Source of the DNA: Macrostomum lignano
Lineage: Eukaryota
Assembly: GCA_002269645.1 (NCBI GenBank)
Contig: NIVC01000516.1
Coordinates: 248,001 to 312,000, forward strand
DNA length: 64,000 bases
Reading direction: 5' to 3'
The notes beneath the pieces were generated by a model. The model was given only the letters and a program-made list of their open reading frames with translations. It was not told the origin of the DNA and ran no database searches. Positions 24,413 to 35,103 of the stretch are shown in pieces (within the stretch, counting starts at the first letter, position 1; each line of letters begins with the position of its first letter). A program made the position numbers and the translations under genes.

Positions 24413-25888
24413 CTGTTTTTTTGTGGAACTCGTCTCGTGATCCGCTACACTATAGCCAAGGACCACTAGAAGTTACACCTGTAACAAACTTTTTATTGTC
24501 GCCGCAGTGTATTTTTTCTAAGAAATCGGCCTCCAAAAAATGCACGATCTTTGATTTTTACGTCTTGTTATACTACAGTGGTCCTTGCTAATCACATTAT
24601 GAGAATAGCTAATCAAGTGTTTGTTAATCTTACTCAATTTTTTTCCCTATAGATTTTCTCCCAGAAGTAATTGTTTAATCAAGCGTCAGGTGTAAATAGC
24701 AACAAAAATTGCATCGGCATAATATTGATACAAAGGACAGAAATTCGATAGCTATTCGGTGCTAACTGTTTTCTAATTTGTTATTTTTTGATAGCCTAGC
24801 TGGTCATTGAAGGTCTGACGATCCTTTCCGATTCCTCTCCACACTAAGCAGCGAAGCGAATCTTTATTGCAAAAATGATTTTTTGTTTTTTGTACCAACG
24901 CAATGAAACTCTAATAGGTCGTGTTCCAATTGTGTTTCTTAGAAAGCAAAGACATTACCAGATAAACCTGCTCTCTGTACTCGCCTGTGTTATTCCTGGA
25001 AGCACTACATTTAATCCCTTCATCCAATAGCTGGAATGGATTTTTATTTGTTTTGCATAATAAACCTCTAAATTAAAATAAATTTACTTGCCAAATTTTC
25101 TTTGGTAAAGCTTGTTTGATAAAAACTTTGAGTTTTTAATGTTTATTTATTTGCATTTTTGTTTACACCTGTGCATAACAATCTTGGAAAGACGCATAAA
25201 AACACGCCAGGGTTGAGTGCAGTTATAGCAGACAGACCCGACAATATTAAGAGTATACCGTTAACAGCAAAATATCCAATCCGATTTGAAAGATTATTTT
25301 CACTCTTAGTTTACTTATTGAAGTAGAGTTATTTCTTACTGGTATAAATTGAATGCATTGTTCCCGATTACCGGATATAAATATCTTATGGTCAATCAGT
25401 TCAATCTCTAGAGCGTTACAGACAAACTAATTTTGGACATTTAGTATAGACAAACTGACGACCTTTGAATATTAGGAGGTAAAGGGTTTCGTTAGCGCGG
25501 GCGCTGATTGGCTGGGAGTTCAGCTGCTAATATAGCTACGTAGTTCTATAAATAGATCTCTGTTGTGCGACTCTTGAAAGAACAACCGTTCCTCACCCGT
25601 GACCTTGAATATTTGGAGCGGGGTAAGGATTTCCTTCGTGCTGATTGGCTGGGAGTCCAGCTGCTACGCTCGTAACAAACAAAGTAATAAGACTCGTTCT
25701 TGAAATATACTTGCACGGCCGCCAGCCACCTCACTCCGCGACCTTGAGGAAGGTTTTCCTTTGCGCTGATTGGCTGTCCGCCGTTGTAACAAGTGGTTTG
25801 AAGACTCTAAAATTAAATTTTTCGCAGGCTATGGAAGAGGGTTTCCTTTTCTAAGTCAAAGAATTCGATTCTTATGCTAAGACTATCG

Positions 25889-28800
25889 TCACTTCATCCT
25901 GTCGCCCAAAATTTGACTCTTCTCGTGCCATTCCTCCGTTTGAATGGCTTCCGCTGGTTGTTCCTTCGTATCCTCAGTCTCGTCCGTGTCGTCGCTGTCT
26001 CGGAACGGCTTCACAGCAGCTGTTGGGGCCGAGGTCGCCGAGGACTCAATAAGTCTGACAGTCTCGCTGGGGTCGGACCATGGCTGCGGGTCGCCCGAAG
26101 CCATGCAGTAGTAACAGGCCACTGTGACTGCGTGAACGCAGGCTGCCACTAGGAAAACGGTGCGCCATTCCTCCACTGTGCCGCGGCGAGTAACCCGGCT
26201 GGCCAGAATTGGCGACAAGACGCCTGAAAATACAATAAATAATTATAATACTCGCTTGTGGCTACTTCATTCACTGCATAAGTAGTGTAGAAGTGGAGGG
26301 ACTGAACCTCGATCACGCCCGGGATCACTCGTGGGCCATGGACAACTAGTATATAGTTGGACGGACGCTGCAATTTCCTCAGGGTTGGATATCGTTTATG
26401 AAAATCTAAAATTCTTTAACGGCAAAATATGAAGAACGAAGATTTCGATGTATCATTTTTTAGTTTAAAAAAATCGCCTTGCCTTCGAAACTCCAGCAAA
26501 CCCCCCTCGTTTTGCATCCGATAGTTATAATACTTCGAAGTAGTCCTTAGCTCAAGTCTTTCCATACAGAACCTCGATCCTCTCCACCCCCAACCCTCTG
26601 CATAAATTTATTGTCTACCCTCTGTGCTGCTAAGCTTATCAAAATGTCTGCGCACGACTCAGAAGTTTTGAATTCCAATGGCCTATGCAGATAGGTGGAT
26701 ATTTTTGTAGGGTGCAGTAGTAATGAGAGCGCGCATATTTAAAATAAAAAGCTGCACTGATTGGAAAACGGGCAACAGCGCAGTTGGCAATTACCGAGCC
26801 GGCATGGTCTCAATGAAGTATTTTCGGCGCACCCGACTAACCACCACAGTGGGCATTCTGCTTGTGGCTGCAGCCACTGCCTTATTCTGGTGTTATCAGC
26901 TGCAGTCACCTGCTGGCAGCCGACACCTGAAGACAAGGCACTCCAGCAACGCGGCAGCACCAATCATCAGAGATGAACACTTGTTCAATATTACAGCCGA
27001 AGACAAGAGTCTGCAGCAGTACATCAAGTTGGCGTCAGAACACAATGTCACCACCAGCTCGTTGAAAGCGGTCATCACCATTCTGGCCTATAAACCGCGG
27101 CAGAAGAAGCTGAAGCACTGTCTGCAGAAACTGTACGAGAATTTCAACAACCAGTTCGGCTATCCAGTTATTGTATTTCACGAGGCGGACTTCCAACCGT
27201 ACCTGGCTGCAGTGAGATCCATCGGCTTCAATCCTCTTCTCAACTTGTCCTCAATATTCTTTCAACAGGTGGACATGAGCGTCCCCAGCTCCTACATAGC
27301 CGAGTTCGGTCAGCCGCCAAAAAAAGGTTGCGGCGGCAGGGACAGCATCGGGTACAGAAGTATGTGCAGGTTTCATTCAAAACTGATCTACGAGGAGCCA
27401 ATGATGAGGCACTTTGACTACCAATTCAGACTGGACGACGATTCAGTGTTGGAGAAGCCGATCTCGTTCGACCTGTTTGCAGCTCTCCGAGATGCTCGCT
27501 GCTCCTATGGCTACGTGCAGACTATTTTTGACACTTGCGCGCACAAAACTTTCCAAGTGGCCACAGACTACATGCGAATGAGGGCGATCCGTCCGACCTT
27601 CTTCGACCGGCTCAAGCGAGACGAAGTGTTCTACAACAACTTCGAGGTCTCCAGTCTGAAGGTCTGGCGATCCCAGCAGTACAGGGACTTTTTAGAGTAC
27701 GTGGACTCTCTGGGCGGATTCTACACGCACAGATGGGGCGACGCCCCAATTAAGACATTGGCTCTGAGCATGATTGTGCCGGAGACTGAGATCTGCAAGT
27801 TCAACAACGTCACGTACAAGCATCACGGATTGAATAACCGTCTAAAGACCGAGTTTCTGCATTGATTTAGCGCATTATGCTACTTTAGATATATTAGAAT
27901 AGCAGCGATCTGTTTATTCGCAAATTTTAAGTTAACTTGAAAAAAACCAATCAACTGCGAAATTAATAAACGATTGTCAGAAACTAATAATTGCTCTTCA
28001 TAAATTCATAAATATCATAAATTACATTCTGCGCCTTGGCTGGTGCTCTTAAGGAGCCCAACCGTAATTGCACAAGCTGTTGTCAAGGACCACTTCTGGA
28101 AGAAATGGCGTTCTGTTTCTTGGAAATTTTGGAGGCTCAAGTTTTCCGGAACTACTTCGAAGTACCTTACAGAAAGATTGGAAAGTGTCGGATTGAAGGT
28201 GCGCGGCAACATTAATTTGAATATTTGAAAATCCGCAGGAATATAAGCCACATAAAAAGAAGCAAAGTAGAAGAACGCCAAAACGAGGTGAGGTTAGGTC
28301 ACCAAGTGCAATAAGTGAAAGTGAAAAGATAAGGCACCTAAAGAGACGATCAGAGGTCAGTAGCGAAGATGTACGTGAGATAAGAGTCTATCAGCCACTC
28401 TCCATTTCAGAGCTTGCAAAGGCGTATTGAGCACGCCAGTGAATTATGAGACAGAGTAGGCCTATGGGCTACGGTCTGCGCCGCTTCACGCCTGCCTCTA
28501 TCATCACCAGGTTAAGGCTGGTGGGAGTCTGCACCCCCTATTTTGTCTCCAGCAGCCTCAGACTCCCCGACGCTGTCTCGCCCAAGTCGACCCAGGGTTA
28601 CTCGTCCCCGCGAGCTTCACCATCTACTGCTTAACGGCTAAGGTGCTCGACCGTGCCGATGGGCTGGAAGGCCGGGGAGTAGTCCGGTCGCAAGCGGTCC
28701 CCCTCTTTGTATCGGGCCAGCCTTGAGGGTTCTTTTGGCCTACTACCCGGTCAGGTGGTGTGGCCGGGTGGGTACCACCCCCTTCTAGGGTGGCTCACCA

Positions 28801-31800
28801 ACCTTTATCATGGCCTTGAAGCCGACTATGGATAAGAAAGTTTTAACTGGGGACGGGGACCCATCTAAACCCCAAAAGATTATGGCTCTTTAACAAAAGA
28901 GCCTGAAGAAGTGCTTCAGAATATGCTCAGCACATTGCTCCGAGAGTACCCACTGCTAGACCGGAACACAACCATTCGATGGATTTAGCGGCGGGCATTG
29001 TCACTGAAGACTTAATCACCCGCGCCGTCAGAACCTTCAAACCTTTCAAATTTCCTGGACCCGATGGTACTGTATCTACTCTGTTTTTCTTCGCGAATCA
29101 GCTAAGATACCCTCGTCCTTAAGACTTACCCACAATCTCATGCGGGCCTCTATCCAGCTGGGGTATGTGCCTAAGTGCTGGACCGAAGCTCGGGTAGTCT
29201 TTATTCCCAAACCTGGGAAGGGTGACTACCAGAGCGTCAAGGCCTTCATGCCAATTAGCTTAACATCAGCAATGCTTAATCCAGGGACTTCTCTATATAG
29301 CATCTCTCTAGATGCTATATAGAGAAGTCCCTGCTTAATCTCACTGAGAGGCTCATTCTCTGGCGGCTGCTTTCATGCGAGCTGACAGCAATGCCCCTCG
29401 ACAATAATCAGCACGCCTTCCGTACCGGGAGGTCGACTGACAGCGCCCTGCATGCGATAGTCGAGAAGATTGAACGGGCGGTACTGGGTGACGGTTACGC
29501 CCTGGCTCTTTTTCTTGACATTGTTGGCGCCTTCGACAACGTCATCTTTAAAGCATTTCAGAGGACCCTTCAAAACCGCAAAGCTCACGCTACCCTCATA
29601 CGGTGGATCATGTACATGATCTCTAACCGTACGGTCACTGCCCAACTTCTTGGGCAAACTGCCTCCAGCAGAGTCTGTAAGAGAGGATCTCAAGGCGGAG
29701 TCCTCACTTCGACGCTCTGGAACCTGGTCATGGACGCTCTTCTGGGCGACCCTCGACCTGACCCCGTCTTTAAAGTCGGGTATGCTGACGACGCCACTGC
29801 CATTGTGGACGTGCAGAGCTTTATCCGCAAAGCTGAATCCTGGGCTAATGACAATGGTTTGGAACTCTCTGAGCCCAAAACTGTTGCCATTATGTTCACC
29901 AGTAGAATTCGCTGAAACATAAGCCCTCTGCAGTTATACGGCATAGATATTGCCTTCGCGCACCAGACCAGATGTCTCGGGGTCATACTAGACCACCGGC
30001 TCAACTGGTCCTTCCACGTGAAAGCAAAAGCCAAGCGTGCCTCAGCCATCCTGGCCCATCTCCGGCGAGCACTTGGCACTTCTTGGGGTCTTTCCCCAAA
30101 GCGGCTTTGGTGGATCTACACTTCCGTAGTTAGACCTGCCATTACGTACTACGCTTCTGTTGTCTTTTCAAGCGCCATCCAAAGTCAAATGACACGCCGA
30201 TTGGCTCAACACGATCCAGGGCACTAGGTTCAGGGCATCTGCAACGCCCTAGGTCCACGCCCTTTGCCGGCATGGGGGCCTTCCTTAATCTACCGCCTGC
30301 ACATGCCCCCATTTTGCACATTCCCCAATCTGCACAGGCCCCAATCCGCACATTTCCCCCAATCTGCACATTCCCCAATCTGCACATGCCCCCAATCTGC
30401 ACATTCCCCAATCTGCACATTCCCCAATCTGTACATTCCCCAATCTACACATTCCCCAATCTGCACATACCCCCAATCTGCACATTCCCCAATCTGTACA
30501 TTCCCCAATCTACACATTCCCCAATCTGCACATGCCCCCAATCTGCACATTCCCCAATCTACACATTCCCCAATCTGCACATGCCCCCAATCTGCACATT
30601 CCCCAATCTGCACATTCCCCAATCTGCACATGCCCCAATCTGCACATTCCCCAATCTGCACATGCCCCAATCTGCACATTCCCCAATCTGCACATGCCCC
30701 CAATCTGCACATTCCCCAATCTGCACATTCCTTAATCTACACATTCCCAATCTGCAAATGCTCCCAATCTGCACATTTCCCTCGAATCTGCACATTCCCC
30801 AATCTACACATGCCCCAATCTGCATATGCCCCCAATCTGCACATGCCCCCAATCTGCACATTCCCCAATCTGCACATTCCTTAATCTACACATTCCCAAT
30901 CTGCAAATGCTCCCAATCTGCACATTTCCCTCGAATCTGCACATTCCCCAATCTACACATGCCCCAATCTGCATATGCCCCCAATCTGCACATGCCCCCA
31001 ATCTGCACATGCCCCCAATCTGCACATGCCCCCAATCTGCACATTCCCCAATCTACACATGCCCCCAATCTGCACATGCCCCCAATCTGCACATTCCCAA
31101 ATCTACACCATACCATACTTCAAAATCCCGCCGAAAAAATCCCCAACCAAAAGCAATCGCAGCAGCAATACCCGACACGGTGCCAATGCCATTGGATAGT
31201 CCCATCAAGAAGCCGGCAAGTAGTGGCGCAATGTCCAGATGATTCACTCCGTAGCCGGACATGCCCAGGCCTGTGAACCCGAAGCCAATAGTGAGCAAGC
31301 TGGTGGACAGGTAGGGACTGCGGGACAGGCCAATCAGTGCCATGCAGCAGGCCATGGTGCCGAAGCCCACAGTGTTCAGCAACTTTCTGGTTGATGTTGT
31401 GCTTAGCAACCGGCTGCGGAGGCTGTCGGCCAGGATGCCGCCTGGGGATGCCGCGGTTGCGGGGCGGGTTTACTGTGGTTTGGATGCAACGCGATTTGAA
31501 TCTTAGAAATGGGATAGTTGTTAGAAATGGGATAGTTGTTAGAAATGGGATGGTTCTTAGAAATGGGATGGTTCTTAGAAATGGGATGGTTCTTAGAAAC
31601 GGGATGGTTCTTAGAAACGGGATGGTTCTTAGAAACGGGATGGTTCTTAGAAATGGGATGCTTCTTAGAAACGGGATGGTTCTTAGAAACGGGATGGTTC
31701 TTAGAAACGGGATGGTTCTTAGAAATGGGATGGTTCTTAGAAACGGGATGGTTCTTAGAAACGGGATGGTTCTTAGAAATGGGATGGTTCTTAGAAATGG

Positions 31801-34112
31801 GATGGTTCTTAGAAACGGGATGGTTCTTAGAAATGAGATAGTTCTTAGAAATGAGATAGTTCTTAAATGGGATATTTCTTCGAAATAGGTGTATCTGAGA
31901 AGTAGCCATTTCTTAGAAAAGGTATACATCTTAGGAATGGGTATTTCTCAGAACCAGGATCTGGCTCTGGTGTATCTGGGATAATCAGAAATTACTCCTC
32001 AATCAAGTTTATGCTACTAACCTACTGGCGTCAGCGCTGCCATGAGTACAAACGGCGCCATCAGATGAAGCCCCACAGCCTCCGAGTCCAAATTGAACAC
32101 CTTCGCGTAATAGGCTGGCAGCCCGATGGTGCTGAACTGGAAGGTCCAGTTCCTGCCGATGTTCGCCAGCACGATGCCCCACACTGGAAGCGACGTCAGG
32201 ATCGACCTGATGGGCAGCCGGCCCATTGTCGAAGGCGCGGCGCTGCCGACTCTCGATTGGGCGCTGGTGGCCAGGATGTACCGGAGCTCCGCATCCCCGA
32301 TGTAGCTGCGGGCGGGGAGTTTGGAGTTGGGATTAATTGGAATTCGGATCTGGGATTAGTGGGAATTTTGAGTTGGGATTAATTGGGATTCGGATCTGGG
32401 ATTAGTGGGGATTTTGAGTTAGGATAAATTTTGATTCTGGTCAGGATTAGTGCGGATTTCGGGTTGGAAATAATTGGGATTCGGATCTAGGATTAGCGGG
32501 GATTTCGGTTTGGGATTAATTGGGATTCGGATCTAGGATTAGTGGGGATTTCGGATTGGGATTAATTGAGATTCGGATCTGGGATAATTGGAGATTTGAG
32601 CTAATAGTTATTTGATGGAGATCAATTGGTTGTCATAGATCGATTGATTGGCTGACTGGGGAGTCAAGTTCGAGTTTGATAATCATCCCCATCGCACCGA
32701 TCCCAGGCGGGCTGTCCGGGAACCAAGCTCAGCCAGACGGCGGCCCAGAGGCAGCCGGCGACCCCGTAGGCGTAGAAGTTGGCCGGCCATCCCAGCCGGT
32801 CGGTCATGGCGCCCGACAACGGCAGACCGACAATGGGGCCGAGAGCCATGCCGAAGAAGGAGATGGTGACCAGGCGCGACCTCTCCATGGCTGGCGCCCA
32901 GTAGCGCCACAGGGCGTGCACGCACGGGTACAGGCAGCCTTCGGCGGCGCCTTGGGCTGCGCGAACCAGCGAAGCGGCAGCGAAGGCGAGGCCGGCCGGC
33001 TCCAGGCGCGCCGCCGCCGGCACCAGGAGGTTCAACGAGCAGGTGGCCAGCACAGCGGCGCCGAGAAGGCGTCCAGGCGCCGATAGACGCGACGCCAGAA
33101 GGCCGCCGGGGACACTGAAGAGAGCGTAGCCAACGAAGAAGGACGCCTCGACTAAGCCGATGTCAACGCGAGTCCAGACCACCTGGGGATCCGGGTGGGA
33201 TTTGAGATGGGATTTATTATTATACAATTGGGATTTGGACTTTCAGATGGGATATTTTATGATACAATTGAGATTTGGACTTTGATATGGGATATTTTAT
33301 GATACAATTGGATTCAAACTTTGAGATGGGATATTTTATGATACAATTGAGATTTGGACTTTGATATGGGATTTCTCATGATGCAATTAGGATTCGGACT
33401 TTGAGATGGAATATTTTATGATACAATTGGGATTCGGACTTTGATATGGGATTTCTCATGATGCAATTGGGATTCGGACTTTGAGATGGGATATTTTATG
33501 ATACAATTGGAATTCAAACTTTGAGATGGGATATTTTATGATACAATTGAGATTTGGACTTTGATATGGGATTTCTCATGATGCAATTGGGATTCGGACT
33601 TTGAGATGGAATATTTTATGATACAATTGGAATTCGGACTTTGATATGGGATTTCTCATGATGCAATTGGGATTCGGACTTTGAGATGGAATATTTTATG
33701 ATACAATTGGAATTCGGACTTTGAGATGCGATTTTAGAAATATTTGGGATTTGAGTTTAGATTTTTATGAAGTTGTGAATTAAGATGGGATTTGAGATTG
33801 TCTTCCGGAAACTCGGGCTTCAAATATATCAATCAGATTTTGACTCAGTGGCCTCACCTCCTGCGCAATCTCTGTCCTGTACTCTGTATCGTTCCTCTTT
33901 GAGTCGAAGAATGGCACCCGCTTAGTCTCCTTCCTAGTCATCTGGATGATGGCGATCCCAATCTCCGAGCGCATGGCCAGGACAAGCATGAGTCCCAGGC
34001 AGCTCAGCCAAGCCACCGCGTAGCGTCTCCATCCTGGTCGACTGCTCAAATTTGAGTCCTGTATCGATTCGATCTCGTCCGAGTCATCATCAGTTAATAA
34101 TTTATCAGTCAT
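25889..34112 (-). CDS. VGlut: SLC17 anion transporter, vesicular glutamate transporter (VGLUT/EAT-4)-like. Exons (minus strand) 34112-33858, 33182-32698, 32305-32022, 31441-31172, 26223-25889; 542 aa
   Basis: Phase-consistent GT-AG splicing, total 1629 nt, TGA at 25889-25891. MFS/SLC17 motifs: RRYAVAWLSCLG..MRSEIGIAI, VRAAQGAAEGCLYP, WAPAMERSRL, TSLPVWGIVLANIGRNWTF, GVNHLDIAP, SNGIGTVSG, EEWRTVF, ASGDPQPW. Exact orthology within SLC17 was not tested. Confidence 0.86.
26723..27865 (+). CDS. Glycosyltransferase family 15 (Kre2/Mnt1/Ktr glycolipid 2-alpha-mannosyltransferase-like). Single coding exon nested antisense in SLC17 intron 4; the true start may be ATG 26804
   Basis: Uninterrupted 380-aa ORF. 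Type II membrane anchor VGILLVAAATALFWCY, followed by GT15 motifs GYPVIVFHE, SIGYRSMCRF, FDYQFRLDDDS, FYNNFEV, YRDFLEYVDSLGGFYTHRWGDAPI. Confidence 0.87.
   Translation: MRARIFKIKSCTDWKTGNSAVGNYRAGMVSMKYFRRTRLTTTVGILLVAAATALFWCYQLQSPAGSRHLKTRHSSNAAAPIIRDEHLFNITAEDKSLQQYIKLASEHNVTTSSLKAVITILAYKPRQKKLKHCLQKLYENFNNQFGYPVIVFHEADFQPYLAAVRSIGFNPLLNLSSIFFQQVDMSVPSSYIAEFGQPPKKGCGGRDSIGYRSMCRFHSKLIYEEPMMRHFDYQFRLDDDSVLEKPISFDLFAALRDARCSYGYVQTIFDTCAHKTFQVATDYMRMRAIRPTFFDRLKRDEVFYNNFEVSSLKVWRSQQYRDFLEYVDSLGGFYTHRWGDAPIKTLALSMIVPETEICKFNNVTYKHHGLNNRLKTEFLH
28810..30298 (+). mobile_element. Decayed non-LTR retrotransposon (R1/LOA-like RT region) in SLC17 intron 4; 5' boundary uncertain
   Basis: Fragments: WTEARVVFIPKPGK...PISLTS, QHAFRTGRSTDSA, ALFLDIVGAFDNV, SQGGVLTSTLWNLVMD, GYADD, WGLSPKRLWWIYTSVVRP, STPFAGMGAFLNLPP. 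Interrupted by stops, frameshifts and deletions. Confidence 0.88.
29282..29333. mobile_element. 52-bp palindromic micro-insertion (24-bp arms, 4-nt loop) with 7-bp TSD
   Basis: CAGGGACTTCTCTATATAGCATCT-CTCT-AGATGCTATATAGAGAAGTCCCTG, flanked by CTTAATC at 29275-29281 and 29334-29340. Removing it plus one TSD restores the LINE RT reading frame. Confidence 0.85.
30299..31107. repeat. 16-17-bp minisatellite (CCCCAATCTGCACATT / ...ATGC)
   Basis: Direct periodicity; source of the PICTFPNLH pseudo-ORFs. Confidence 0.93.
31500..31880. repeat. 18-bp minisatellite (TTAGAAATGGGATGGTTC)
   Basis: Direct periodicity in SLC17 intron 3. Confidence 0.93.
32330..32600. repeat. Degenerate ~45-bp GGGATT-core repeat (SLC17 intron 2)
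   Basis: GGGATTAATTGGGATTCGGATCTAGGATTAGTGGGGATTT. Confidence 0.8.
33195..33760. repeat. 40-bp GGGAT-core minisatellite (SLC17 intron 1)
   Basis: GGGATTCGGACTTTGAGATGGGATATTTTATGATACAATT. Confidence 0.9.
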
Positions 34113-34831
34113 ATCTCTCTCGAATTCGACTTGGTTTCTAGGAATCAGCTTATTAATGGAGAATGGAGAAGATTAAGAGATATCCTACCCCAGCTTATGG
34201 GATTGGCTGGCTCATTCCCATATGTAGGCACAAGCTCTTGGGGACAGTTGGGAATTTTCACAAGCTTCAAAAAATCCCAAATTATATACTCGTACGACAG
34301 ACCGTTGGGAACACAAATTCAGGGGAAGAGAGAAGAGTGAGGAGAGGATTTTTCCTCTGAAATTCCGCTGGGGCAAGAGGGCTGAAAAACCAGAAGCTGG
34401 AGTGGCAGCTCCAATTTGAGATATTTGGGATATATCTCGCGAAAAAAAGATATAGGCGAACAAAATGGTTCTGATTTCTTGACTTATTTTCTCGTATTAT
34501 TAAGAATTTATTTAAATTTTAAATTCTAAAACCGAAGTCAGGGAAAATTAAGTAAAGTCAGCCTGAAGTTGTCACTCCAGTTTCTTGGTTTCTGTCTCCC
34601 TTGGCTCCGATATCTGGGAGAGGGTGAGGGGGGTCTTTTAAGGCAAAAAGCTGATACAGCTGTCACTGCACGCCTCGAGAGAGAAGATTTTCACTTCCGA
34701 TTCTTAGAAAAATTTTTTCAGCCTTTAGATAGCAGCACTTACGAGCATACCTTGAGGTTGCCATGCCATTGGGGACTTCTGTAAAAACAGCTGACACAGT
34801 TCTCAAGGATTGGTGTCTGCGCTAGCATTGG

Positions 34832-35103
34832 ACTAGATTGGACTAATTGAGTCATAGATTGGACTAATTGAGTCATAGATTGAACTAATTGAGTCATAGA
34901 TTGGACTTAATTGAGTCATAGATTGGACTTAATTGAGTCATAGATTGGACTAATTCAGTCATAGATTGGACTAATTGAGTCATAGATTGGACTAATTCAG
35001 TCATAGATTGGACTAATTCAGTCATAGATTGGACTAATTGAGTCATATATTGGACTAATTGAGTCATAGATTGGACTAATTGAGTCATACGCTGGACTAA
35101 TTG
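34832..35103. repeat. 21-bp minisatellite containing TGAGTCA
   Basis: GGACTAATTGAGTCATAGATT, upstream of the SLC17 start codon. Confidence 0.9.

Noticed and set aside
28300-28640. Possible additional minus-strand LINE remnant (KLAGTS..., TGVLNTPL)
   Set aside because: Only vague motif similarity across stops and frames; not supportable.
28560-28810. HDV-like ribozyme or 5' UTR of the LINE (CTCG-TCCCCG-CGAG stem-loop)
   Set aside because: I could not build the P1/P2/P1.1 double pseudoknot by eye; it needs a descriptor search (e.g. RNArobo). Left out of the element boundaries.
31053-31171. Extension of SLC17 exon 4 to a donor at 31118 (…GFFRRDFE|GTATGG)
   Set aside because: The donor at 31171 is phase-compatible with the 26223 acceptor and gives TVSG-VLSPIL, collinear with VGLUTs; the longer version is out of phase.
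30264-31929. Long Cys/His/Pro-rich ORFs (PICTFPNLH, LRTIPF) resembling metal-binding repeat proteins
   Set aside because: They are read-throughs of 16-18-bp intronic minisatellites of the SLC17 gene.
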